This document shows positions 39,323-50,338 of a stretch of 55,009 nt of DNA, piece after piece. Source of the stretch: Candidatus Limnocylindrus sp. (GTDB taxonomy: Bacteria > Chloroflexota > Limnocylindria > Limnocylindrales > Limnocylindraceae); the NCBI GenBank assembly GCA_046081085.1, contig JBJTVF010000017.1, positions 1-55,009 of the forward strand. The letters run 5' to 3'. The notes beneath the pieces are model-generated. The model did not search any database. It had not been told where the DNA came from and saw nothing but the letters and a program-made list of their open reading frames with translations. Position numbers and translations under genes: made by a program. Each line of letters opens with the position of its first letter. Position 1 is the stretch's first letter.

Positions 39323-41943
39323 CAGGTCGCCTCGTCCTCAGGGGCAGGTGCGCGGCCATCGCTCTCTGCTGCAGCGTCTGCAACCGCCACTCCAACGGGC
39401 ACTCGTTTCGGCTTCCCCTTTGACTTGTTTGTTCGAGACCGAGAGGCAGCCTTCGCCCTATTCCCTTCGGCCTTTGCACCAGCCCCAGCGGTGCGGCGTC
39501 CACGCTTCGGCGCGAAGGCAAGCGGATCAGGTGCGCCGCCCGTGATCACGAGCCCGAGGAGTTCGCCCTCCGGGAGATCAACGCGCGCGCCGCATCGCGT
39601 GCAAATACCACCTTCGTCATCTTTGCCAATCACCGCTCCGCAACCACCATGCACCGCCCCCGTTGGGCGCGGGCGAATCGTCTTGCACTCAGGGTAGCGA
39701 TCACATGAATAGAAGTAGGTGTTCCGCTTGGTGTTCCGTCGCGGGCGCAACTTCCCACCATGCTCGCCGCCACAGGTGGGGCATGCCGCCTCGAAAGAGA
39801 GCCGAAACTCCTCCGGGACCTCTCGCTTTGGAATGAATCTGCACTCAGGGTAGCGATTGCATCCAAGGAAATAGCCGAATCTACTGCGTCGCTGGGCCAG
39901 CGCACCACCGTGCTCCGGGCCACACTGAGGGCACGGGAGTCCCGCCCCTTCAAGGGTTGGGACGTCACCGCCTGGAGTGTCATCACCGATCACTTTGGAG
40001 AGTGACTTTCTCTCCGAGTGATCTGGGTAGAGGCTGCATGCGAGATACCACCCGAATCGTCCGAGGCGCTCCTCCATTGGATGGCCCTCAGAGCACTTCT
40101 CCTCGCTCGGTCGGCTGCGATAGTCACCCGCCCCGATGCTTGCCGCCTTCTCAGTAACGAGTGGTTCAAATGTTGCCCAGAACTTGCCAAGCACCTCACG
40201 CCAGTCGGCACGTCCTTCGGCAACGGCGTCAAGCTCCTCCTCCATCCCCGCTGTGAAGCCGAGGTCAACAAATGCGGTGAAGTGTGTCGTCAGAAGATCA
40301 CAGACGGTCTCGCCGAGTCGCGTGGCTCGAAGTCGATTGTCGCGGTCCCGATCGACATACTCTCGCTCTTGGATGCGCTCGATGATCGCCGCGTATGTGG
40401 AAGGGCGACCAATCCCATGCTTCTCAAGCTCCTTAACCAGGGTTGGTTCGGTGTAACGCGGCTCAGGCTTGGTCTGATGCGCAACCGCCTCTGCCGTTGC
40501 CACCGTCCCCTTTGAACCCTCAGGGAGATCGGGAAGCTGCGCTTCCGCGTCTTCATCTTCGTCGTCCTTTCCTTCAAGGTAGACGGCGGTGAATCCAGGC
40601 TCAAGGGTGCGAGTGGCATTCGTCTTGAGTTGATCCTCCCCGACGCTCCAGAAGAGCGTCGTGGTTGCAGAGAGTTTGTCAGGCATCTGCGATGCAATCG
40701 CACGGCGCCAGATCAAGGTGTAAAGCTTCAACTCGCGATCATCAAGATACGTCGCGACCTCTTCTGGTGTTCGATGGAAGCTCGTGGGACGAATCGCCTC
40801 ATGCGCCTCCTGCGCGTTCTTCGACTTCGACGCGTACTGGCGGCCACCCTCAACGACCATCTCGTTCCCAAAACGCACACGAATCACCTCTGCCGCCTCG
40901 CTGATCGCTTGCTGACTCAGCGTGGGAGAGTCTGTGCGCATGTATGTGATCAGACCGGTGCGCTCGCCGCCAATGTCTACGCCCTCGTACAGCTTCTGCG
41001 CTAACTGCATCGTGACGCGTGAGCGATAGCCGTGTTTTCGGCCAGCCTCCTGCTGGAGCGTTGATGTGGTGAACGGCGGTACCGGCCGCTGCTTCCGCGT
41101 GCTCTCACTGCGCTCGGTGACGGTGGCACTTCCGTTCGTGATCCGTTCCACCGCAGCCTCAGCAACGTCTGGTTCAACCTCGAGGTTCTCCCCCTTGGGC
41201 CCAACGAGACTCGCTGGGATCACGAGTTCTGGGTCTACGGCGGGCCGAATGCCAAGTTCGACCGTGCTGTAGTGGCGCGGGATGAATGCTCGAATGGCAC
41301 GTTCCCGTTCAACCACCAATCGAAGGGCAACGGACTGCACGCGACCCGCCGAAGAGCGTGGGGCGACCAGGCGAGAGAGGAGCGGCGAAAGCTTGTACCC
41401 GACGAGACGGTCCAGGATGCGTCGAGCCTGCTGGGCGTTGACCAGGTCGAGGTTGATCGCGCGAGGCTGACTGAAGGCCTCCAAGATCGCCCCTTTGGTG
41501 ATCTCACTAAAGGTCACCCGGCGCCGATCCGCGTCTGGGATCTCAAGCGCTTCGGCCACGTGCCAGGCGATCGCCTCTCCCTCACGGTCAAGGTCAGTGG
41601 CGAGCCAGACGGAATTTGCGGCCTTCGCCGCGCGGCGAATGTCGGCGAGGCGCCCCTCCTTCTCCTCGATGATCTCGTAGTGCGGTGTGAAGCCGTTCTC
41701 CACATCTACCGCCAGGCTGCCGAGCCCTTTCGCCGCCTTCACTGCGGGGGGATCGCCCTTCTTCCGGCGTGGCCGCTTCGCAGCCACACTCCCCTTCGCC
41801 GTACGGCGCGCCTTCTGAGGGAGATCGCGAACGTGCCCGTAGGAGGCAAGTACCGTGAAATCAGGACCAAGATAGCGCTCAATCGTTGCCGCCTTGGCGG
41901 GCGACTCCACGATCACCAGGTTCTTTGTCACTCCCTTACTCAT
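39322..41943 (-). CDS. topA: DNA topoisomerase I
   Basis: LVIVESPAKA, ATDLDREGEAI, SAGRVQS, ITYMRTDS catalytic Tyr, AHEAIRPT, GIGRPSTY, C-terminal zinc ribbons. Confidence 0.98.
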   Translation of the reverse strand: MSKGVTKNLVIVESPAKAATIERYLGPDFTVLASYGHVRDLPQKARRTAKGSVAAKRPRRKKGDPPAVKAAKGLGSLAVDVENGFTPHYEIIEEKEGRLADIRRAAKAANSVWLATDLDREGEAIAWHVAEALEIPDADRRRVTFSEITKGAILEAFSQPRAINLDLVNAQQARRILDRLVGYKLSPLLSRLVAPRSSAGRVQSVALRLVVERERAIRAFIPRHYSTVELGIRPAVDPELVIPASLVGPKGENLEVEPDVAEAAVERITNGSATVTERSESTRKQRPVPPFTTSTLQQEAGRKHGYRSRVTMQLAQKLYEGVDIGGERTGLITYMRTDSPTLSQQAISEAAEVIRVRFGNEMVVEGGRQYASKSKNAQEAHEAIRPTSFHRTPEEVATYLDDRELKLYTLIWRRAIASQMPDKLSATTTLFWSVGEDQLKTNATRTLEPGFTAVYLEGKDDEDEDAEAQLPDLPEGSKGTVATAEAVAHQTKPEPRYTEPTLVKELEKHGIGRPSTYAAIIERIQEREYVDRDRDNRLRATRLGETVCDLLTTHFTAFVDLGFTAGMEEELDAVAEGRADWREVLGKFWATFEPLVTEKAASIGAGDYRSRPSEEKCSEGHPMEERLGRFGWYLACSLYPDHSERKSLSKVIGDDTPGGDVPTLEGAGLPCPQCGPEHGGALAQRRSRFGYFLGCNRYPECRFIPKREVPEEFRLSFEAACPTCGGEHGGKLRPRRNTKRNTYFYSCDRYPECKTIRPRPTGAVHGGCGAVIGKDDEGGICTRCGARVDLPEGELLGLVITGGAPDPLAFAPKRGRRTAGAGAKAEGNRAKAASRSRTNKSKGKPKRVPVGVAVADAAAESDGRAPAPEDEAT

Positions 41944-42363
41944 GCGCGAGAGCGTAGCACCGCCCCTTCACAGACCCTCCAACGCCCACCTCGCTGCTCC
42001 GCAAGGCCCTGGAGCGCCAGCAGGGTTAGCGCGCTTGGAAGCGCCTCCTCCACCCCTTCGCTCACCACAAGTAGGTCCCCCTCAGTGAGCCCTGCCGCAC
42101 CCGCGCGGCCGAGGGCGAGAAGGATCAAACCGCGCAACCCGCTGGGCGTTGGCGCTGGTGTTGGGAGCGGGTTCTGAGGCGCACGGACGTCTCCGTCTTC
42201 GCGCAACGACGCCGCACAGACACCGAGCCATGCTCGTAGCCCCTGATCGTCAAGCCGTAGCTGCGGCGAAGGCAAGTCGGGAGGGAGGAGGGTTGGCGCT
42301 GTGGCACGGACCAGCCAGGAGAGGCCGCCTACGGCACTCTTCGCGCCGTGTACTAGGAGGCGC
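41940..42363 (-). pseudogene. dprA: Probable truncated dprA remnant (end of Rossmann fold, linker and winged helix)
   Basis: Occupies the conserved dprA position before topA-xerC; the C-terminus LPSALTLLALQGLAEQRGGRWR resembles DprA_WH; its stop overlaps the topA ATG; no clean start codon after the upstream gene. Confidence 0.5.
41951..41959 (-). promoter_or_regulatory. Extended -10 (TGCTACGCT) 7 nt before the topA ATG; candidate leaderless promoter
   Basis: Identical to the 9-mer upstream of alaS. Confidence 0.5.
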
Positions 42364-43011
42364 TTACGTCGCGAGCGCCTCAATGTGCGCGATGAGCGCC
42401 GCCGACCAGCCTTCAAGCTCATCTGCCCGGGCCACCGCTTCGTCCAGTGGTACGAGCGCACCGGCAAGCTTCTCTCGCTCCCTCACCTGAATCACAGGCG
42501 ACGCAAGTAGCGCGAGGTAGACGACCCCGAGGTGCACGCGACCAACGTCATCACCGTCGTCATTGAGCAGCCCGATCGGCGTGAAACGGGGCAGTGATGG
42601 CGTGGCAACCTCCTCGTTCCACTCACGCGTGAGTGCCTCCTCTATCCCTGTATCTGCGGCGCCAATATGCCCCCCGACACCAAACGAGGCACGACCGTGA
42701 AGTCGACGGTCACTCGTCCCCTCAAGTCGATCCATCCAGAAGAGATGCGCGCGGTTCGTGGCATCCCGAAAGATCGCGATCGCGTACGGGATCGGTTGCT
42801 TCCATTCGGGGTCCATCTCAAGCTCTCGGCGAGGGCGCACCTGCACCGCCCCTTCAAGTCGTGCGATCTCCGCATCACCCTCTTCACGCGAAGCGAAGGC
42901 GCGAAAGCCGCGCCATGCTCCGTGCGGGAGCGCGGTCGCGCGCGGAATCCCCCAGATCATCTCATCGGCTCCGCGTGCAAGTGGGTCGATGCGCTCTTGG
43001 CCCTGGCTCAC
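42364..43011 (-). CDS. Predicted NUDIX-family phosphoesterase (COG4112/YmaB-like)
   Basis: E.DP.WKQPIPY, RLHG..S.GVGGHI, REWNEEV, GLLNDD..VGRVHLG, LEGWS. Confidence 0.82.
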   Translation of the reverse strand: MSQGQERIDPLARGADEMIWGIPRATALPHGAWRGFRAFASREEGDAEIARLEGAVQVRPRRELEMDPEWKQPIPYAIAIFRDATNRAHLFWMDRLEGTSDRRLHGRASFGVGGHIGAADTGIEEALTREWNEEVATPSLPRFTPIGLLNDDGDDVGRVHLGVVYLALLASPVIQVREREKLAGALVPLDEAVARADELEGWSAALIAHIEALAT

Positions 43012-43919
43012 CCCAGCTCCTCAAGCGTCTCGCGAGCCTCAGCGAGTCGAGCACGGATATCGGTGCGTGCTACGACTGGGTCATTATCTGCTGCCGCGAG
43101 GCGCGCATCCCATCGCTCAAGTTCATCGCGGAGCGCCCGAAGCCGGCGGCGTACCTCCCGTGCATTCGTCGCCAGAATATCGGCACCCATCTCTTCGGAG
43201 CCACGCGCGAGCCGAGTTGCGGAATTCCATCCGCTGCTCGCCAGAAGATGCGAGACGCGCCAGCCGTCGACCGCCTTCCCTTGCTCCCCTTGCGACACGG
43301 CACTCACCAGTGCCGCAGAGAGAAGCAACGGAAGGTGGCTCACCGCCGCCGTGGCCGCGTCGTGCAGATCCGCATCCATCATGATCGGCTTCGCACCGCA
43401 ACTTGATGCAAGCCGTTCAACGAGCGCAGCAGCACTGCTCGCACCGTGATGATCTGGGACCACGACCCATGGACGACCAACGAAGAGGCTCGCGTCCGCT
43501 GCCGCGAATCCGGTCTCGTGCTTCCCCGCCATTGGATGCCCACCGCAGAATCGCAGAGTTCGCTTCAATGCCTCGGCCATGATCCATCGTTTCGTGGAGA
43601 GCACATCGGTGATGACCGCCCCCTCTGCGAGTCGGCCACTACGTCTGCAGATCACGAGCTCGTCAAGAATGTTCGTTGCAGCGATCGGTGGTGCGCCGAT
43701 GACAATGAGTTCGGCACCGTCCACGGCTTCAGCGATCGTCCGCGCCACGTGATCAACCGCACCCGCCTCGAGTGCCGCGCGCGGACCCGCCGAACTCGGC
43801 GTCCATGCGGCGATCTCTACGCCGGTCGGGTCAAATGGTCCCACCCCCGCCGGATCTTCGCGAAGCGCCTTCGCGATGGAACCGCCGATCAGTCCGAGAC
43901 CGAGAAGTGCGATCCGCAT
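43008..43919 (-). CDS. tyrA: Prephenate/arogenate dehydrogenase
   Basis: GLGLIGGS, TDVLSTK, GGHPMAG, HD..AAVSHLP, TRLA; no ACT domain. Confidence 0.92.
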   Translation of the reverse strand: MRIALLGLGLIGGSIAKALREDPAGVGPFDPTGVEIAAWTPSSAGPRAALEAGAVDHVARTIAEAVDGAELIVIGAPPIAATNILDELVICRRSGRLAEGAVITDVLSTKRWIMAEALKRTLRFCGGHPMAGKHETGFAAADASLFVGRPWVVVPDHHGASSAAALVERLASSCGAKPIMMDADLHDAATAAVSHLPLLLSAALVSAVSQGEQGKAVDGWRVSHLLASSGWNSATRLARGSEEMGADILATNAREVRRRLRALRDELERWDARLAAADNDPVVARTDIRARLAEARETLEELG

Positions 43920-43926
43920 GATGCGC

Positions 43927-45332
43927 TCAGGTGAGGGCCGCGATCGCGTCCAACGCGCGAATCACGGTTCGAATGCCACCCTCGAAGTTTCCTAGATCCA
44001 TCGATTCGTTCGGCGCATGCGCGTTGTCATCTGGCGGCGTAAAGCCGAGCAGCACAACTGGGAGTGAGAGCTCACGCTGGAAGAGCGCGGCTATTGGGAT
44101 CGAGCCACCTTCTCGGATATAGAGTGGATCCGCGCGGAAGGTCTCCTTCAACGCATTCGCGGCCGCACTCAAATATGGATCGCCGAGCGGGGTGAGGAAC
44201 GGATATCCGTTGCCGAGGTTCTGCACCTCAACCTGAAGCCCACGTGGGGCAGCCGCCTTCAGTGCCGCCTCCACCTGCAGTGCGATCCTCGCTGGATCTT
44301 GCGCAGTTACCAGGCGGCACGAGATCTTCGCGTGCGCGTGTGCTGGAATGATCGTCTTGCTCCCATCGCCAGTAAAGCCGCCCCAGATCCCGTTTACATC
44401 GAGCGTTGGCCGGGCACCACGACGCTCGACGGTGCTGAACCCCGCCTCTCCTTGCGTCGCCTTGGCGTCAATCCCTGCGAGATAGTTGGCCTCGTTAAAC
44501 GGGAGCGCCGCAAGTGCAGCGCGATCGTCTGGGCTGAGCTCCACGACATCGTCATAGAAGCCGGGAACGGTGACGTGACGGTTCTCGTCGTGTAGGGAGG
44601 CAATCATTGATGCGAGCGCGTTCGCTGGATTGATGACCGCACCGCCGTAGCTACCAGAGTGCAGGTCAACGTCAGAGTTTCGTACATCCACCTGCAAGTA
44701 GGTGATCCCGCGAAGGCCCACGGTGAGGGCGGGGAGGTTTCCGTCAAAGAACCCACTGTCGCTGATGATGACTGCATCGCCACTGCAACGCTCAGGATTC
44801 GCCGCCATCCAGCGCTCTAGGTTGACGGAACTCGACTCCTCTTCCCCCTCAAAGAGATACTTCACGTTGACGGGAAGCTTGCCGCGCGTGCTCAAGAGTG
44901 CTTCGAGCGCGGCGAGGTGGATGAGGATCTGCCCCTTGTCGTCGGCCGAGCCGCGACCGAGCATGCGCCCATCGCGAACGATCGGCTCGAAGGGACTCGT
45001 CTTCCAGAGATCGAGCGGGTCGCCAGGCTGAACGTCGTAGTGTCCATAGATGACGATCGTTGGCAGGTTCGGATCTTCAATGCGCTCGCCCACCACAATG
45101 GGATGGCCGCCCGTCTCACTCACTTCTACGCGCTGAGCGCCGATCCGACGCAACTCTGCCGCGAGCCACTCTGCAGCCTTGCGGCAGTCAGGCGCATATT
45201 CAGGGATCGCCGAGACGCTTGGGATCGCCAGGAAGTCGGCGTAGCGCTGCATTCGCGCGGCGTGCGCGGCGACGAGTTGCGCCTCTTCCGGGCCACTGAG
45301 TGGCACCCAGGCGAGCGTCGGTGCGTACGCCA

Positions 45333-45333
<1 letters not shown>
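43927..45333 (-). CDS. M20 family dipeptidase
   Basis: YGHYDVQP, GRGSADDKGQ, EGEEE, DLHSG, GGSIP, HAPNE. Confidence 0.93.
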
Positions 45334-47315
<1,982 letters not shown>

Positions 47316-47349
47316 CTTGACCTCCTCTGCTCTCAAACCTTCGTGGCGC

Positions 47350-47424
47350 TGGTAGCGAGGGCAGGAATCGAACCTGCTACCAAGGGCTTATGAATCCCCT
47401 GCTCTACCGGTGAGCTACCCCGCC
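47350..47424 (-). tRNA. tRNA-Met(CAT), elongator type
   Basis: GGCGGGGTAGCTCACCGGTAGAGCAGGGGATTCATAAGCCCTTGGTAGCAGGTTCGATTCCTGCCCTCGCTACCA; G2-C71, C3-G70 and A73 fit elongator Met rather than fMet or Ile2. Confidence 0.9.
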
Positions 47425-47511
47425 TCGCGCTCCGTCAAGGATACCGAACCCGCCCCCGCAGCGCAGCACCCCAGCCCATGATCCCCATCTCCACTCAGGT
47501 AGGCTCGGAGG

Positions 47512-48027
47512 ATGTTCAGTGTCCTTATCCTTTGCCACGGCAATATCTGCCGATCCCCTCTGGCGGAGGTACTCCTCGACGCAGCCATCGCAGCGGATCC
47601 CTCTCTCTCCGCGCGAGTTCGCGTGAGCAGCGCTGGGACCTCAGACGAGCACGACGGTGAGGGGATGCATGAGCACAGTGCGGCGCTCCTTGCCCGGCGG
47701 GGACTGCGAACAACGCACCGCGCCCGTCAGCTCACCGCGGAGTTGGCGCGTCAGCAAGACCTCATCCTAGCGGCAGACCGCTGGAACCTCCGCGATGCTC
47801 GTCAGATCGTCGCGCGTGAAGGTGCTCCTCCCGACGTCTGTCTGATACGGGATTTCGATCCCGCCGCGTCTGGCGCGGACCTCGCGGACCCTTGGGGTCA
47901 TCCGATTAGCGCGTACGAGCGAACAGAGCGTGAGATTTCAGATGCCATTCCGGGAATCCTCGCCGCGCTGCGAACCAGAGAGCGCACCAAATCGCCTAGG
48001 GCAGCGTCGAATACGCCTCAACCATAA
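47512..48027 (+). CDS. Low molecular weight protein-tyrosine phosphatase
   Basis: CHGNICRS P-loop, SAGT, HRARQ, DPW. Confidence 0.93.
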   Translation: MFSVLILCHGNICRSPLAEVLLDAAIAADPSLSARVRVSSAGTSDEHDGEGMHEHSAALLARRGLRTTHRARQLTAELARQQDLILAADRWNLRDARQIVAREGAPPDVCLIRDFDPAASGADLADPWGHPISAYERTEREISDAIPGILAALRTRERTKSPRAASNTPQP

Positions 48028-49048
48028 GATCCGAGAAGCGGATCGGATCGATCGTCAGCCCGACATCGCAGTTCCCCGCCCGACCGTCACGCGACAGACG
48101 ATATGGATTTGCATCGCCGATCGTACGGCCGCGTGCGGGTCCTTGCGTTGCATCTACCGTCACGTGATAGCGCGCCACACCGACCAGATCGGGAATCGCA
48201 AGGTGCAGCACGGCGACCGCGTCGTGAATGGCCATCTTCTCGCCCTGGCCCCACGCGGCTGAGCGTTCAAAGGCGAACTCCAGCACTTCTGCCGCCGCCT
48301 TCGCGGAGGCTCCGGGGAGAGCGCGCAGACGCGTGAGGATCGTGCGGTCGAGAATCGCATGGTGCGTGACATCAAGGCCGATCATCGTGATCGGCAGGCC
48401 GCTGTTGAACACGATCTCTGCCGCCGTTGGATCCGCGTATATGTTGAATTCTGCCGAGGCCGAAGAATTCCCCTCGCCGACCGAACCGCCCATCAAGCAG
48501 ATGTGCGCGATCTTGGAAGCGAGGTGGGGATAGCTACGGATGAGCAGGGCGATGTTCGTCAGCGGACCAATCGGCACAAGCGCCACCGGCACAGGAGAAG
48601 CACTCAACAGGCGCGCCATCAGCGCAACAGCACCCTCAGGCTCGGCCCTCCTCGAGGCGGCGGGCAGGATCGTCTTGCCAAGTCCGCTTTCGCCGTGAAC
48701 CTCGGTCGCGCGCTCGAGCGGACCGGTCAGCGGTCCAGAGGCACCCTCGGCAACCGGAACCTCGTCCGCACCATAGAGGTGCAACAACCGAAGTGCGTTC
48801 TCGGTGCAGTGATGGACATCCGCGTTGCCTCCGACGCTTGTGACCGCGAGCAGACGCAACTCCGGTCGCACCACGGCGAGCGCGATCGCGAGCGCATCGT
48901 CGAGACCTGGATCGCTATCCACGATGATCGGCAACGGCGACTCGACGCTCCCTACTGGGGCCGTCCTCGGCGTGAGATTCGCATGGTGAAAGGTCGGCCA
49001 GCCGATCCGAGGGTTGTCACCGCTCACCGCAGTGCACCCGTCGCACAC
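47996..49048 (-). CDS. Nucleoside hydrolase (IU-NH/RihA-like)
   Basis: DSDPGLDD, VGGN, HGESGL, GPLTNIA, MGG, AEFNI, GLDVT, HDA. Confidence 0.94.
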   Translation of the reverse strand: MCDGCTAVSGDNPRIGWPTFHHANLTPRTAPVGSVESPLPIIVDSDPGLDDALAIALAVVRPELRLLAVTSVGGNADVHHCTENALRLLHLYGADEVPVAEGASGPLTGPLERATEVHGESGLGKTILPAASRRAEPEGAVALMARLLSASPVPVALVPIGPLTNIALLIRSYPHLASKIAHICLMGGSVGEGNSSASAEFNIYADPTAAEIVFNSGLPITMIGLDVTHHAILDRTILTRLRALPGASAKAAAEVLEFAFERSAAWGQGEKMAIHDAVAVLHLAIPDLVGVARYHVTVDATQGPARGRTIGDANPYRLSRDGRAGNCDVGLTIDPIRFSDLMVEAYSTLP

Positions 49049-49054
49049 ACGCGA

Positions 49055-50338
49055 TTACCCCTGTTCGTATGGTCGCCCAGCAGATGCCGGACCGCGCACG
49101 CGGCCGATCAAGCCAGCAACGACGATGATCGTCATCACATACGGCACGGCGAGCAGTACTTGTGGCGGGAGACCGACGCCGAGGATGGAAAGCAACGTCG
49201 ATGCCGCCTCTGCGAATCCGAAGATCAGTGCAGCGCCAAGCGCGTTCCACGGCTTCCACGCACCAAAGATGAGTGCCGCAAGCGCAATGAAGCCGCGTCC
49301 CGCGGAGATACCCATGCCGAAGCCGCCAGTGCCGCCAAGCGCAAGATACGAACCGGCGAAACCGGCAAGTGCTCCCGCAAGGATCATCGCTCGATAGCGC
49401 AACTTCATGACGTCGACGCCGACGGTACCCGCTGCAGCTGGCATTTCGCCGCTCGCACGCAAGCGCAACCCCCATCGCGTGCGGAAGAGCATGTAGGTGA
49501 AGAAGGCGATGAGGATCACGGCGGCATACGCATAGGGACTCAGCGTGAAGAAGATGTTCCCGATGATTGGAATGTCACCCAAGATCGGAATCTTCACGGG
49601 CAGGATGCTCACCGGGTTGTTGAATTCGCTGTGCACCTGGAGCACACGCAAATAGACGAATGTTGTGATTCCAGCAGCGCCAAGGTTGATCACTGTGCCC
49701 GCGACGATCTGATCGACCTTGTAGCGGAGGCCGAGCACTGCAAGGAGCAGACCTACCAGGCCGCCGAGCACTGCGCCTGCAACCGGTCCTGCGATCGCCA
49801 CGCCGAAGATGCTCGACGCGACGGCGCCAGAGAGTGCGCCGAGCAGGAACTTCCCCTCGATCGCAATGTTCAAGACGCCACTCCGCTCGGAGATGATGCC
49901 CGCGAGTGCACCGATGGCTACCGGGCCAGCGTAGTTGAACGTTCCCGTGAAGAGCACCGTTAGGTTCGCAGGCGTACCTGAGAGAAGCGTGGTGAACGTT
50001 GCCAGGACTAGGAGAGGAGCGGCGGCGGCGAACCCTATTCGCCATCGGTAACTGCCTCCACGGCGATATTGAGCAGTTGCAACCGCGCCGAGGACGAGGC
50101 CTGCAGCGATCCAGACGATGGACACTGGGAACGAGATGAGTGCGTCGGACCCACCGATGGTGTCCAACCAAAGTGAGAGATTCGCCACAGTGGCGCCGTT
50201 GGCGGTAGCCGCGGCAAACGCGGCCAGAGCGAAGATTGCGAAGATCGCTGCTCGAATGCGCGAGCCGCGAAGCGCCTTGAGCTCCTCCGCACCCATGGTG
50301 CGAACTGCCGGGGTCGCGGACTTCTTTGCAGCGCTCAT
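49055..50338 (-). CDS. Nucleoside ABC transporter permease (NupC-like)
   Basis: SERSGVLNIAIEG, DQIVAG, GLRLRA.GE, GRGFIALAA, PYV. Confidence 0.92.
   Translation of the reverse strand: MSAAKKSATPAVRTMGAEELKALRGSRIRAAIFAIFALAAFAAATANGATVANLSLWLDTIGGSDALISFPVSIVWIAAGLVLGAVATAQYRRGGSYRWRIGFAAAAPLLVLATFTTLLSGTPANLTVLFTGTFNYAGPVAIGALAGIISERSGVLNIAIEGKFLLGALSGAVASSIFGVAIAGPVAGAVLGGLVGLLLAVLGLRYKVDQIVAGTVINLGAAGITTFVYLRVLQVHSEFNNPVSILPVKIPILGDIPIIGNIFFTLSPYAYAAVILIAFFTYMLFRTRWGLRLRASGEMPAAAGTVGVDVMKLRYRAMILAGALAGFAGSYLALGGTGGFGMGISAGRGFIALAALIFGAWKPWNALGAALIFGFAEAASTLLSILGVGLPPQVLLAVPYVMTIIVVAGLIGRVRGPASAGRPYEQG

Noticed and set aside
47350-47424. CAT-anticodon tRNA as tRNA-Ile2 or initiator tRNA
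   Set aside because: It lacks the C1:A72 mismatch and the three consecutive G-C pairs closing the anticodon stem of fMet, and lacks the C4-G69/C5-G68 TilS determinants; the acceptor stem fits elongator Met
48359-49963. 534-aa plus-strand ORF, and other long antisense ORFs such as 51711-53021, 27087-28136 and 46039-47031
   Set aside because: They lie fully antisense to well-conserved genes, have biased low-information composition and no motifs; typical shadow ORFs of high-GC DNA
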